A stretch of 64,000 nucleotides of DNA from an uncultured Nitrososphaerales archaeon. Lineage in GTDB: Archaea; Thermoproteota; Nitrososphaeria; Nitrososphaerales; Nitrososphaeraceae. Positions 31,308 to 42,433 of this stretch are shown in pieces. The DNA is taken from assembly GCA_963713605.1 (NCBI GenBank), contig CAVQMO010000001.1:416001-480000 (forward strand), given 5' to 3'. The stretch's first letter is position 1; every line of letters starts with the position of its first letter. Under the pieces are notes generated by a model, which saw only the letters and a program-made list of their open reading frames with translations, made no database searches and was not told where the DNA came from. Made by a program: the position numbers and the translations under genes.

Positions 31308-31523
31308 ATGAGTAAATCAGCAACTTCATTGCGTAATTGTTCCTTTTGCGGAAAACATATTCCTTTAAGTCAGGGGATAATGCTGGTCCGTAATGACGGG
31401 TCGATACAATGGACTTGCTCATCCAAATGCAAGAAAAATCTTAGAGAACTGAAACGGGATCCGAGGAAACTGAAATGGACAAAGAAGTACATGAAAGGTG
31501 GTATTAAGGTAGGAAAGGGTTAA
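31308..31523 (+). CDS. rpl24e: 50S ribosomal protein L24e
   Basis: CSFCG...CSSKC...PRKLKWT. Confidence 0.97.
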   Translation: MSKSATSLRNCSFCGKHIPLSQGIMLVRNDGSIQWTCSSKCKKNLRELKRDPRKLKWTKKYMKGGIKVGKG

Positions 31524-31527
31524 TTTC

Positions 31528-31935
31528 TTGGGAGAGCGAACTCTTGTTGTTATCAAACCAGATGCTGTAAAGAGAAAATTAGCTGGAACGATAATTTCTA
31601 GGTTTGAAGAAAAGGGATTCATTATTGAGAATCTGAAGTCATACTCATTTACCAAGGAAAAAGCTGAAGAGTTTTATTCGGCTCATAGCAATAAACCATT
31701 TTTCAATGAATTAGTTTCTTTTATCACTTCTGGTCCTACAATGGCGTTAATTCTGGACGGTAACAATGCAATAAATGCCGTACGGATCATGATAGGTTCA
31801 ACAAAATCCTATGAAGCTGCTCCTGGTACAATCCGAGGAGATTTAGCCCTTAACATAACTGATAATATAGTCCATGCATCAGATTCATATGAAAGCTTCA
31901 TAAAAGAGGCTGGAGTGATTTTTGATAGCATCTAA
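31528..31935 (+). CDS. ndk: Nucleoside diphosphate kinase
   Basis: ERTLVVIKPDA, PGTIRGD, NIVHASD. Confidence 0.97.
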   Translation: MGERTLVVIKPDAVKRKLAGTIISRFEEKGFIIENLKSYSFTKEKAEEFYSAHSNKPFFNELVSFITSGPTMALILDGNNAINAVRIMIGSTKSYEAAPGTIRGDLALNITDNIVHASDSYESFIKEAGVIFDSI

Positions 31936-33723
31936 GTGGCACTCAGGCATCCAGTTGTAGTTGTACTTGGTCACGTAGACTCCGGTAAAACCTCTCTATT
32001 GGATAAGGTTAGAGGAACGGCAGTTCAAGCCAGAGAAGCGGGGGGGATTACTCAACATATCGGGGCAAGTTTTTTCCCCATTGATACAATTAAAAAAGTA
32101 ACAGGGGACTTATTTAACAAGATTTCAACTACTGATTCACAGATTCCGGGAATATTGGTGATAGATACTCCTGGTCACGAAGTCTTTGCTACTCTGAGAG
32201 TACGAGGAGGTTCAGCTGCTGACATTGCAATAATTGTGGTAGACGCAAATAAGGGATTCGAGGCCCAGACAGAGGAAAGCATCGACATTTTAAAAAGAAG
32301 AAAGGTTCCATTTGTTATTGCGCTGAATAAGGTGGATACCGTTAGTGGATGGCGCAAAGATCTGGGGGGAGATTCGATAAGTAAGGCGGTGAATATGCAG
32401 GATAAATCAGTTCAAACTGCGCTGGATGAAATGATTTACAACGTCGTCGGCTCTCTTTCTGTATCCGGATACAATTCAGAAGCGTTCTGGCGAGTCAAGA
32501 ACTTTACAAAAGAAGTAGCAATAGTGCCTGTCAGTGCAAGAACTGGAGTTGGTATACCCGAATTACTTGCTGTCCTTATAGGATTAACCCAACAATACTT
32601 GAGCAGAAAATTGGAACGACATGAAGAGGAGGGAAGAGGGATCGTTTTGGAAATAAACGAAGAGGTAGGCTTGGGACCGGCGGCCAACGTAATATTGTTT
32701 GATGGAACCCTTCGCCAGGGTTGTAATGTTATAGTTGCTAAAAGAAATAACGCAGTAGTAGCCCGTGTGAAGGCCATTCTTCTTCCCAAGCCACTTGACG
32801 AAATGAGAGACCCCAGGGACAAGTTTAGACACGTTTCGGAGGTAGTTTCGGCCGCCGGAGTAAAAATCACTTCGCCAGACCTCACCGGTGTTATGGCCGG
32901 AAGTCCCCTCTTCGTTCTAAATCAGAAGGAAGACGAAGCGCGATTTCGGGCAATTGTCGAGGCTGAGATTAAGAACACGTTTGTGAATAAGGATATCAAT
33001 GGGGTCACTATGAAATGTGACACTATAGGTTCCATAGAGGCCATCAGTGACCTCCTTGTAAAGCAAAAGGTTCCCATAAGAATTGCGGACATAGGACATG
33101 TCACCAAGAGGGACGTGATCGAGGCGTCAGCTGTAAAGGAGAAGGACAGATATTTGGGCGTGATTTTGGCGTTTAATGTCAAAGTCCTTGATGATGCCAG
33201 AAGGGAGGCCCTGGAACGTCAAGTCATGATTTTTGATGAAAATATTATCTATAATCTTGTGAGAAGCTATTTTGATTGGACAGCTTACCAAAAAGATCAT
33301 CGAGACGTAATCATATTCAATGAAATTCCACCAGTTTGCAAACTTCAATTCTTAAAAAACTTTGTATTTAGACGTAACGACCCTGCAGTATTCGGAACAG
33401 AGATACTCGTGGGAAAATTACGACAAAAAATTCCTGTGATCAATGAAGAAGGCAAAAAAATAGGTGTTATTCACCAAATACAGCAAAGCGGTAAGACTAT
33501 CGAGGAAGCTACCAAGGGGATGCAGGTAGCGCTCTCCATCCGAGGCCCAACCATTGGGCGGCAGATTAATGAAGGAGACATCTTCTACACTGATTTGAAT
33601 AGCAAACAGGCAAAGTTACTGAATGAACGATTCATGCCGAGGCTTACTGAAGAAGAGAGGGAGGTTCTGAATCAGATAATAAGTTTGAAAAGGAAAGGTG
33701 ACGAGCTTTTTGGTTACATTTGA
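31936..33723 (+). CDS. infB: Translation initiation factor IF-2 (aIF5B)
   Basis: GHVDSGKT, GGITQHIGA, DTPGHE, NKVD. Confidence 0.97.
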   Translation: MALRHPVVVVLGHVDSGKTSLLDKVRGTAVQAREAGGITQHIGASFFPIDTIKKVTGDLFNKISTTDSQIPGILVIDTPGHEVFATLRVRGGSAADIAIIVVDANKGFEAQTEESIDILKRRKVPFVIALNKVDTVSGWRKDLGGDSISKAVNMQDKSVQTALDEMIYNVVGSLSVSGYNSEAFWRVKNFTKEVAIVPVSARTGVGIPELLAVLIGLTQQYLSRKLERHEEEGRGIVLEINEEVGLGPAANVILFDGTLRQGCNVIVAKRNNAVVARVKAILLPKPLDEMRDPRDKFRHVSEVVSAAGVKITSPDLTGVMAGSPLFVLNQKEDEARFRAIVEAEIKNTFVNKDINGVTMKCDTIGSIEAISDLLVKQKVPIRIADIGHVTKRDVIEASAVKEKDRYLGVILAFNVKVLDDARREALERQVMIFDENIIYNLVRSYFDWTAYQKDHRDVIIFNEIPPVCKLQFLKNFVFRRNDPAVFGTEILVGKLRQKIPVINEEGKKIGVIHQIQQSGKTIEEATKGMQVALSIRGPTIGRQINEGDIFYTDLNSKQAKLLNERFMPRLTEEEREVLNQIISLKRKGDELFGYI

Positions 33724-33797
33724 CGCCTTCTTGGGAAAGACTTTACCAATTTATTGCTCTTAGTTAGGATAAGAAATTTATGCGTAATCTAAAAATA

Positions 33798-34133
33798 TCA
33801 CTGATACTTTTGTAGCAAACCTTCTAGGCCCTTTTCTCCTACCGCACCAACAGCTCTATCGATAGCTTTGCCGTTCATAAATATAATGAAGGTTGGTATA
33901 GCGTACACGTCATACCTCATGGCTACTCCCTGATTATCGTCCACGTTCAGCCTACCGAATGTGACTTTCTGACCATATTTTTTAGATAGTCTGTCGAATA
34001 TAGGCAGCATAAACTGACAGGGCCCGCACCAGGTTGCCCAAAAATCGACCAATACAGGTTTATTGCCAGATATAGTCTCCTCGAAGTTCTTATCGTTAAG
34101 TTCCACCAATGCTGGCTTATTTACTTCACTCAT
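33798..34133 (-). CDS. trxA: Thioredoxin
   Basis: DFWATWCGPC; start at MSEVNK. Confidence 0.95.
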   Translation of the reverse strand: MSEVNKPALVELNDKNFEETISGNKPVLVDFWATWCGPCQFMLPIFDRLSKKYGQKVTFGRLNVDDNQGVAMRYDVYAIPTFIIFMNGKAIDRAVGAVGEKGLEGLLQKYQ

Positions 34134-34250
34134 AATAATACATTCAATAAAAGTTGTCATGCATATTTAAGACTTATCCGATTGATTCACTACTGTGTTC
34201 TGAAAATCCAAGGTTAATGAAATCATCAAGTATGACGAAGCAAAGTATTT

Positions 34251-34701
34251 TTACAAGTCAACCAAAAATGTTGCAATATATCTAGTGCCTATACGTTTTA
34301 TTTTCAACTCGTGATAGGTGATTGCTTTGATCTCTAACTTGTAGTTATGCATATCATAGCTGACTTTTTCTCCTCCTGAACGTGCATTAAGAAAGTAACT
34401 TTTTTATTCCTGCGTCTTTTGTGCCTTTTTCACAAATTTTAATGGAAAATCTCGACAGCACGATCTGTTGGATAAGGATCTTTAACAAGACCTTTTCCAA
34501 CCAGTCGTAGAGGAGGTGTTCAAGATCTTCGCCATCAGCTGTGATCGTCACAAATTGACAACTTTCCACCTTGTCAATATCAAACATGATGTTGACCAAT
34601 CCCTTCGCACAATTCTCGAACAATTCTTCCAAACTGCTTCCTTGGGCTTGAACAAAAGCGTCTGTGCTGTGCTCCAAATATTTATACCCTTCAGAGTCCA
34701 A
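34251..34701 (-). CDS. Archease, frameshift near 34400
   Basis: YKYLEHSTD...LLYDWL; shifted frame gives GEK...EIKAITYH...ATFLVDL stop. Confidence 0.9.
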
Positions 34702-34779
34702 TTTGGTTAGTTGTCAAAGATAATTGAATAATAATAATAATGTGTCGAACAAAGAGTAAAATCTAAATGGTCACGAAGG

Positions 34780-36075
34780 TTGGTCTGTGTTGTGAGATTA
34801 AACCTTCCGCGTGGGATGAGAGATGTAGACGCTGGCGAATTGTCCAATATCGACTATGTCAGAAATCAATTTATGCGAACTGCTGGTCTGTTTGATTTCA
34901 AAATACTTCAGCCTTCCCCTTTGGAAATGCTTTCTACTCTTGAAGCTAAAGGGGGTCCTACAATTTCTAAAGAAATCTATAATTTTAAAGACAAAGGTGG
35001 CAGAGAAGTTGCTCTGAGGTTCGATCTCACTGTCGGACTAACCCGGTATGTATCTCAGAGAAGAGAAATGAAACTACCCATTAAAGCAGCCGCATTTGGG
35101 GGAGTATGGAGGTATGATGAACCTCAGGCAGGAAGATACAGATATTTTCATCAGTGGGATGTAGAGATATATGACACATACAACATAGAGCATGAGGCTG
35201 AAATAATCCAATTTGCAGCTTCCTTTTTTGAAGATTTGGGACTAAAGGTTACAATTGATATTAGTAATAGGGAACTGCTCGAACAGTACATGAAGCAAGA
35301 ACTTGGTATATTGGATCCAGAGTTAGCATTTGAGGTCTTTAGGGCAATGGACAAGGTTCAGAAAAAGGGAGTAGGAGCCGTTTATAATGAATATGCGAAT
35401 AAAATCAGCCCCGCATTGCTCAAGCCCTTGTTAGAACTGTCTTCTCAAATTGGGACAATAAATGAAATTGAAGATCAAGCTACGAAATTAAGTAAATTAC
35501 CCAAATGGCAATCCCTCCGTGAATTGGAAAGCTCACTGTCGGCGAGAGGAGTGAGTAACGTAAGAATTAACCTAGGCATAGTCCGAGGGCTTGACTATTA
35601 TTCCGGGACTGTTTTCGAGATATTTGATCCCACGTCCACAGTGGGCGCATTGGCCGGTGGTGGTCGGTTTGATATATTGACATCTGCGTTTGATCGAAGT
35701 GATATAGGTGCCATTGGGATAGCTGGAGGGGTCGAACGTCTTTTGAATGTGTTATGCCATCATGGCTTGTTGAAGGCCAAATCCAAGCCATTAGTCTTCG
35801 TAGCATCAGAGGACGGCGATAAGAAATTCGTGTTGAAATTGGTTTCAGAATTGAGGGGCGCAGGGATACCTGCGGACTACGACAGTCGAGCCCGATCTTT
35901 CAGAAAGCAAATGGATTATGGATCCTCTATAGGTGCTACCATTCTGGTGAGAGCAACGCAGAAGGAAAGCGAAAACAATATAACGGTAAAAAATATGGTC
36001 AGCGGTCAAGAAGTAAACGGAAAAGTAGTTCAACTTCTTGAACTTGTTTCGGAGATCATTCGATCAAGTAACTGA
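34780..36075 (+). CDS. hisS: Histidine--tRNA ligase
   Basis: PRGMRD, LRFDLT, YDEPQAGRYR, RGLDYYSG, GGGRFD. Confidence 0.96.
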   Translation: MVCVVRLNLPRGMRDVDAGELSNIDYVRNQFMRTAGLFDFKILQPSPLEMLSTLEAKGGPTISKEIYNFKDKGGREVALRFDLTVGLTRYVSQRREMKLPIKAAAFGGVWRYDEPQAGRYRYFHQWDVEIYDTYNIEHEAEIIQFAASFFEDLGLKVTIDISNRELLEQYMKQELGILDPELAFEVFRAMDKVQKKGVGAVYNEYANKISPALLKPLLELSSQIGTINEIEDQATKLSKLPKWQSLRELESSLSARGVSNVRINLGIVRGLDYYSGTVFEIFDPTSTVGALAGGGRFDILTSAFDRSDIGAIGIAGGVERLLNVLCHHGLLKAKSKPLVFVASEDGDKKFVLKLVSELRGAGIPADYDSRARSFRKQMDYGSSIGATILVRATQKESENNITVKNMVSGQEVNGKVVQLLELVSEIIRSSN

Positions 36076-36079
36076 TTTG

Positions 36080-36340
36080 CTATTGTACCTCTATCATGCC
36101 GGTATTTCTCATTTTTATCATTCCTGAACTTTTCTTTTCGTAGACGTTCCGGATAACTAAATGGGGAGGCTCGTAACTTATATACAAATCATTGACTTCG
36201 AGCTCCTGGACATTATAATTGACCTGTATGTGCTCTTCCTTGATTCCACTTTCCATTAATAGTTTCTTGGCCCGATTAATGATCTGTTCATCTGAAGTGT
36301 TTGGGGCAAAGAAGACCTTTCCTGAATAAAAAATGCGCAT
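36080..36340 (-). CDS. Hypothetical protein
   Basis: 86-aa ORF with AT-rich upstream element; no motif recognised. Confidence 0.6.
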   Translation of the reverse strand: MRIFYSGKVFFAPNTSDEQIINRAKKLLMESGIKEEHIQVNYNVQELEVNDLYISYEPPHLVIRNVYEKKSSGMIKMRNTGMIEVQ

Positions 36341-36497
36341 CAGGATGATCTAAAAATTCAACAAGTAAATAAACTTCTGTTCAGGCAAGTGGATTGGCAA
36401 TCTCAAAACCAAATTAATAAAGATTTTCAATGACATTGACAAAGGTATTTATGAGAATTGCAGTTCACGATATCTTTACTAGAGGGTGTTTTCATGA

Positions 36498-38214
36498 TTG
36501 ACTGAGGTTCTCTCCTATGATGTTTTAGTAATGGGCTCTGGCCTAGCGGGACTTCGAGCCGCTATTTCTGCTGCGTTAGTGGACAAGAATTTGAGTATTG
36601 CCGTTATTTCTAAAGTTCAGGTAATGCGCTCTCACTCCGTTTCTGCAGAAGGGGGGACTGCAGCAGTCCTATTTGAAGAAGAAGGGGACAATAGAGAATC
36701 CCATATTTATGATACAATTAGAGGTAGTGATTTTCTCGCTGACCAAGATGTCGCAGAACGGCTAGTCCATTCTGTACCATATGAAATATATCAGCTAGAT
36801 CATTGGGGAATGCCATGGTCTAGAAGATCGGATGGACGGATCGATCAGCGGAAATTCGGGGGGTACTCATTCCCTCGTGCAACATATGCTCAAGATAAAG
36901 TAGGATTTTACGAGATGCAAACCTTGTATGATACGTGCTTGAAACATGAGAACATCCATTTTCTAAATGAATGGTTCTGCACATCGATCCTATCCGATGG
37001 ATCTCAGCTTTCGGGGATTCACAGCTATCGAGTTGAAGACTGGCCAATTTATAATCATAAAGTCTTTAGCTGGAATCATTTGTACGGGAGGTGCGGGTCG
37101 AATCTATGGCTTTTCTACTTATGCTCATTCTTCAACACCAGATGGCTTGGATATGGCATACAGAAAAGGATTAGCACTCAAAGATATGGAATTTGTGCAA
37201 TTTCATCCAAGTGGGATTCTGCCATCTGGAATCTTGATTACCGAGGGTGCTAGAGGAGAAGGCGGATACCTTGTAAATAATCAAGGAGAGCGATTTATGA
37301 AACGATACGCCCCAGAGAAACTTGAACTTGCGCCCCGAGATGTTGTGTCTCGGGCTATGATTCGTGAGATACAAGAAGGAAGGGGCTTCAAACACGAGAC
37401 TGGAATAGATTGTCTTAAGCTCAATCTATCACATCTCGGAGCTGAACGCATTAAAGAAAAATTAGCAGGAATTAGGGAAATTGGGATAAAGTTTTCTGGG
37501 ATTGATGTTATCGATGAACCAATCGAGGTTAGACCTGTTTGCCATTATATGATGGGAGGAATACATACAAATATTGAAGGTGAAACAGAAATGAGTGGCC
37601 TTTGGTGTGCTGGGGAAGCCGCTTGCAATAGTACCCATGGCGCAAATAGGCTGGGAGCAAACTCTACATCCGAATGTCTCGTATGGGGAAATATTACAGG
37701 GAAGCATGCTGCTGAGTATGCGCAAAGGGCCAAGGATAGAAAAGTGACAGTGCTGGAACAACAAGTAATAGAAGAGGAAAAGAGGATCTATGATGGCATA
37801 TTCCACGGAAGAGGCGATATGAATCCTTATGAAATCAAGAAAAGAACTGCAGATTTAATGGATTCTAAGGCATATGTATTTCGGGATGGAAATACGTTAG
37901 CCGAAGCATTAAAAGAAGTAAAGGAATTGAAACGGGCATCTTGGAGGCATGTGGACGACAAAGCCAACGAATACAACACTAATTACATCAATGTCATGGA
38001 AATCGATTCAATAGCACGAATCTCTGAAATTGTCTTGGTAGGAGCACTAACTCGCCAAGAATCAAGAGGAGCTCACGCAAGAATTGATTATCCAAGTCGA
38101 GACGACGTAAATTATCTGAAACATACGCTTGCATACTGCGCTCATGAAGGACCAGAATTACGTTGGCATCCGGTGAAAATTACTAGGTATGCACCAGTTG
38201 AGAGGAAGTATTAA
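36498..38214 (+). CDS. sdhA: Succinate dehydrogenase flavoprotein subunit, frameshift near 37010
   Basis: GSGLAG, RSHSVSAEGG, QFHPSG, ELAPRD, HYMMGG, HGANRLGANS. Confidence 0.96.
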
Positions 38215-38684
38215 TGAAATCATCCAATGAAGATAGGACCTATACGGACAGTAATAGACGTAATAACCGTGAAGGTCTCAAGGCCTGGCTCAATCCTTCA
38301 AGATATGGTTGGGAGAGAATTTCATATTGGCTTCAGCGTCTAACAGGGGTATTCCTTCTAGTATATTTTGTCGGACATGTAATTGAAACCAGCTCTCTAG
38401 TCGATGGCAAAGATGCGTGGAACGCCATGTTGGAGTTAACCCAGACTACATGGGGGCACCTCTTCCTGATTTTGGTAATTGGAACAAGTACTTTCCACTC
38501 CGCTAATGGAATCCGATTGTTATTTACCGAAACAGGTAGAGGACTTGGTAAACCGGGTAGGCCTGACTATCCTTACTCCCCGGTTTCGCTGAATTATCGC
38601 CAGAAATCAGGAATCTGGATAGCCTTGATTTTGGCTGCTACTGCGATGTTATACGGGGCAAGTATCCTATTTGCTGGAGACTAA
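38214..38684 (+). CDS. sdhC: Succinate dehydrogenase cytochrome b subunit
   Basis: LQRLTG, FHSANGIR, 3 TM helices; operon position. Confidence 0.88.
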   Translation: MKSSNEDRTYTDSNRRNNREGLKAWLNPSRYGWERISYWLQRLTGVFLLVYFVGHVIETSSLVDGKDAWNAMLELTQTTWGHLFLILVIGTSTFHSANGIRLLFTETGRGLGKPGRPDYPYSPVSLNYRQKSGIWIALILAATAMLYGASILFAGD

Positions 38685-38722
38685 TTCATATATTGGAGAC
38701 TAGGAGGTTATTGTAAAGCACA

Positions 38723-39070
38723 TTGATCTTGAAAGAAAGTCAGATAATGAAGATACATTACATCTCGGGAATTGGTGCCCTCTTTGTTGTGGCTGTGCAC
38801 ATCATTATGAGACTAATTATGCCTTTTTCTATGAGTCTGGAGTACGAGAATGTCATTGCGAATTATCAGAATATTGCATACGCAGTGCTTTTAGAATCCA
38901 TTCTTGTTCTAATTGCCATTCATGGATTCAACGGGTTGAGAATCATTTTGCTAGAATTTAGACAGAATATCGCTTGGGAAAACGGAGTGACTGTTTTCAC
39001 GCTAGTTGCAATGATTGCACTTATTGCATACGGTACGAGAACAATAATAACCGCTAATGGGCTGGGTTAA
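38723..39070 (+). CDS. sdhD: Succinate dehydrogenase membrane anchor subunit
   Basis: HYISG, VHI, IHGFNGLR, 3 TM helices. Confidence 0.88.
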   Translation: MILKESQIMKIHYISGIGALFVVAVHIIMRLIMPFSMSLEYENVIANYQNIAYAVLLESILVLIAIHGFNGLRIILLEFRQNIAWENGVTVFTLVAMIALIAYGTRTIITANGLG

Positions 39071-39078
39071 TCGACATA

Positions 39079-39927
39079 ATGACAGCACTTGTTAACATTA
39101 AAAAGAGCCGAACGAAGCCAGAACGAGATCACAAAAAGGAAAGTAGAGTTGAGAGCAACCGGGAGGTAGTCCAGTTAAGAGTTTACAGGAAAAACCCCAA
39201 GCAAGGTAAATCATCCCAATTTGACAAGTTTGAAGTACCAGTTCAGCGTTGGACAACTGTTCTGGATGCCTTGTTGTATGCTAAAGCTTATCTGGACAAA
39301 AGCATAGCGATACGGTATTCTTGCAGGATGGCATCTTGCGGATCCTGTGGCATGAAGATAAATGGAATTCCAAGACTTGCATGTTATACCAAGGTTTCTG
39401 AAATTGATGAGAATATTATTACTTGTGAGCCTCTTCCTAATTTTCCAATAATTAGGGATCTAGTCGGCGACTTTTCAGATTTTTTTGAGCACCATCGTGC
39501 AATGGAGCCTTTTATTCACAATCAAAATGCCGATATTGTTGACAAGAATAACCTCACGGAATTTATACAATCGCCTGAGGATGTCGAGAATTATTTGCAA
39601 TTTTCATATTGTATAAAGTGTGGTTTGTGTTACTCTGCATGCCCTTCCGTTGCGTCAGATACAAAGTTTCCAGGCCCTCAGGCCTTGGCCCAAGCCTATC
39701 GCTATGGTGCCGACAACCGAGATGATGCCACCCAACCCAGATTGAACATTGTAGATAACAAACACGGAATTTGGAGGTGTCATTTTGCGGGTTCTTGTAG
39801 TGTAGTGTGCCCCAAAGGGGTTGATCCCGCCCTTGGAATTCAGTTGCTCCGAGGACATCTTGTAAGCTTCAAGAAAAATGACAAGAAATTGGCTGATTTA
39901 CGAACTAGAAACTTGGGCAAAGTATGA
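39079..39927 (+). CDS. sdhB: Succinate dehydrogenase iron-sulfur subunit
   Basis: SCRMASCGSC, CIKCGLCYSAC, CHFAGSCSVVCP. Confidence 0.96.
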   Translation: MTALVNIKKSRTKPERDHKKESRVESNREVVQLRVYRKNPKQGKSSQFDKFEVPVQRWTTVLDALLYAKAYLDKSIAIRYSCRMASCGSCGMKINGIPRLACYTKVSEIDENIITCEPLPNFPIIRDLVGDFSDFFEHHRAMEPFIHNQNADIVDKNNLTEFIQSPEDVENYLQFSYCIKCGLCYSACPSVASDTKFPGPQALAQAYRYGADNRDDATQPRLNIVDNKHGIWRCHFAGSCSVVCPKGVDPALGIQLLRGHLVSFKKNDKKLADLRTRNLGKV

Positions 39928-40041
39928 ATACTGAGCATATCGCATCCAAGTTATGGTGGTATATGCTTGGTAAAAGCGGTCTTTTCTTAGACACATCAAT
40001 TTAGAATATAGTGACGTGAGGGCATATCCTTCCATGCTCTT

Positions 40042-40362
40042 TTATGTTTTTGCAGGCGGGTTGCTCTCATTTACCTGTTTGTTGATCGCCTCTGCCATAA
40101 AGTGATTGCTTACGTTCACCTTAACACCTTCAATACCATTCAGCTTGTAAACGTTGTCCCTGACGTCCTGTGCTATCTTGAAACCGAAAACGGCTGGGCA
40201 AAAGGGACTCGTAAGATGTAAATCTATATCCACATTACCTTCCTTGATATCGACCTTGTCTATCAACTCCAACTCCATAATTGAAACCCCTATCTCTGGA
40301 TCTACAATCTTGGTGAGTTCGTCGAATATTTGTCTTTTTACTTGCTGAATGTCCTGATTCAT
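40042..40362 (-). CDS. Metal-sulfur cluster assembly factor (DUF59/SufT/MIP18 family)
   Basis: IVDPEIGVSIMELELI, LTSPFCP. Confidence 0.9.
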   Translation of the reverse strand: MNQDIQQVKRQIFDELTKIVDPEIGVSIMELELIDKVDIKEGNVDIDLHLTSPFCPAVFGFKIAQDVRDNVYKLNGIEGVKVNVSNHFMAEAINKQVNESNPPAKT

Positions 40363-40735
40363 CTCTCCTTTAATTTGTAACAATCGATATATAACTATTA
40401 ACGAGCCGAGTGCCTAGCACGTGAGCAAATTGTCTTTTTCACATCCTGAAAAGATTCGATCTGATCGAGCGAAATCTGTATTTGAGTAGCCTTTACAAGG
40501 ATCATTCTATTACCGATATCTCTCCATTTCTTGTAGCTGGTCTATCTAGAAGAATTCCTGTGAATGAGGTTACCATGTAAAAGATCTGCACTGTTCGAAA
40601 GCTCTACGTCTGATATTGTAGGGGCCATAATGGACAACTTATATCAGGTTTTATTTTATTCCTAATCTCCATTTAAGAGATCCGATCTATAACATATCAG
40701 CAAAATATTAAATCAGGCTACTGTTCGTTTAACCT

Positions 40736-42226
40736 ATGTATAGATCTAGGCCGGAAGGTACAATTGATCGAGAGATTTTGAATTACGTTTCTTCACTAAA
40801 GGACGACTCCGCAATTTTCTTCTATGATATAATTGGAAGTGAGGCTCATGTGATAATGCTACACGAGATTGGATATTTGTCGAGAGGAGAATTAGTTGAG
40901 CTCTTGCAAGCTTTGGAGGAGGCGAAACTTCATCCTAAACCAATCATGAAAAAAAGTGAACATGAAGATGTCCATGAATCTATAGAGTCTTTTATTGTTG
41001 AGAAAATAGGGATGGGTAAGGGCGGGATGTTACAGTCGGCTAGGTCCAGGAATGATCAGGTTATGACTGATCTTAAGATGAAAGTCCGAAATGATATCAA
41101 TGAAGTCAGTGTTCTATTAGGAGATTTGGTAGAATCCCTGCTCAAATGTGCTGATTCCAACAAAGAGACGATAATGCTGCTTTACACTCATCTACAACAT
41201 GCGCAGATTGGAACATTTTCCCATTACCTCCTTTCCTACACGGAGTCGCTCTTTCGTGACATGGAAAGATTGGAGGAATTATACAGCAGGATTAATCAGT
41301 CGCCCCTTGGATCGTTGGCCATTGGGGGATCTACTTTTTCCATAGATCGAAACCGAACAGCATCGCTATTGGGATTCGATGGATTGAGTATCAACAGCAT
41401 AGATGCAACAAGTTCTAGGGATGTAATCCTGGAATATCTCTGTTGCCTGAGCATTATTATGATTACTTTGAGCAGGATCTCTGAGGATCTTATTCTTTGG
41501 ACTACTGATGAATTCAACTACATTGAACTCGCTGATTCTGCCAGTTCAACTTCTAGTGCCATGCCACAAAAGAAAAATCCTGATCCTTTGGAGTTATTGA
41601 GGTCAAAATCAGGAGGAATAATAGGAAATCTTACTGCCTCGATGGCAATCTTGAAAGGCTTACCATCGGGATATAGTAGGGATTTACAGGAGCTGAAAAG
41701 TCTCGTCTTTTCTTCGAGTGCAACGACTGCGAGTTCGTTAAGTATGCTAAGGGTTGTCATTGAATCCTCTATAGTTCACAAAACCAGAATGTTGGAGATT
41801 GCCAAGAATAGTTTCGCTAATGCGATTGACGTAGCGGAACTTTTGACTTATAAAGAGTATCTAGACTTTAGGTCTGCGCACAAACTCGTAGGTTCTCTCG
41901 TAAAGTTGGCTATATCCAACGGCAAACGTACATTGGGAGATCTTGACGGCGGAGAAATTGAACATCTGTTGCAAGCATCAGGATATGAAATACCGATAGA
42001 AACATTAAAAGGAATAATTGTTGCATGTGGCGCAGAGAACTTGTTAGCCTTGAGAAAATCAAAAGGTTCACCAAGTCATTCAGAGCAAGTTGAAATGATT
42101 CTTCACAATAAGATGAGGCTAATCAACTTCAGAGATAAAACGGTAAAAAGAAAGAAGGGAATCGACAAAGCACTTGACGATTTATCTAGTATCGTTAGAT
42201 CATATACATTTGCCTCAGAGTCATAG
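40736..42226 (+). CDS. argH: Argininosuccinate lyase
   Basis: EDVH, RSRNDQ, YTHLQHAQ, SSAMPQKKNPD, GYSRDLQE. Confidence 0.96.
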   Translation: MYRSRPEGTIDREILNYVSSLKDDSAIFFYDIIGSEAHVIMLHEIGYLSRGELVELLQALEEAKLHPKPIMKKSEHEDVHESIESFIVEKIGMGKGGMLQSARSRNDQVMTDLKMKVRNDINEVSVLLGDLVESLLKCADSNKETIMLLYTHLQHAQIGTFSHYLLSYTESLFRDMERLEELYSRINQSPLGSLAIGGSTFSIDRNRTASLLGFDGLSINSIDATSSRDVILEYLCCLSIIMITLSRISEDLILWTTDEFNYIELADSASSTSSAMPQKKNPDPLELLRSKSGGIIGNLTASMAILKGLPSGYSRDLQELKSLVFSSSATTASSLSMLRVVIESSIVHKTRMLEIAKNSFANAIDVAELLTYKEYLDFRSAHKLVGSLVKLAISNGKRTLGDLDGGEIEHLLQASGYEIPIETLKGIIVACGAENLLALRKSKGSPSHSEQVEMILHNKMRLINFRDKTVKRKKGIDKALDDLSSIVRSYTFASES

Positions 42227-42298
42227 TAAATCTTTCGGCGGTTCCTAAAGGCTAGATTCATTTAAAGATAAAATTTCATCTAAAGGATCAAAAAAGCA

Positions 42299-42393
42299 TA
42301 GCCCGGCCCAGATTCGAACTGGGGTCAAAGGCTCCAAAGGCCTCTATGCTTGGCCACTACATTCGGCGTGAACAGGATACACTCTACCGGGCT
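42299..42393 (-). tRNA. tRNA-Gln(TTG) with 22-nt non-canonical intron at position 10/11 (42362-42383)
   Basis: AGCCCGG TAG[AGTGTATCCTGTTCACGCCGAA]TG TAGTGGCCAAGCAT A GAGGC CT TTG GA GCCTT TGAC CCCAG TTCGAAT CTGGG CCGGGCT A; BHB with CGGT/GCCG helix. Confidence 0.92.
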
Positions 42394-42433
42394 TCCGGGC
42401 TCCTTCTATTGAAGGATTGTAACTTTAATAATG

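Noticed and set aside
36498..39927. sdhA-C-D-B gene order as a novelty
   Set aside because: Differs from E. coli order but, to my knowledge, is ordinary for this archaeal group.
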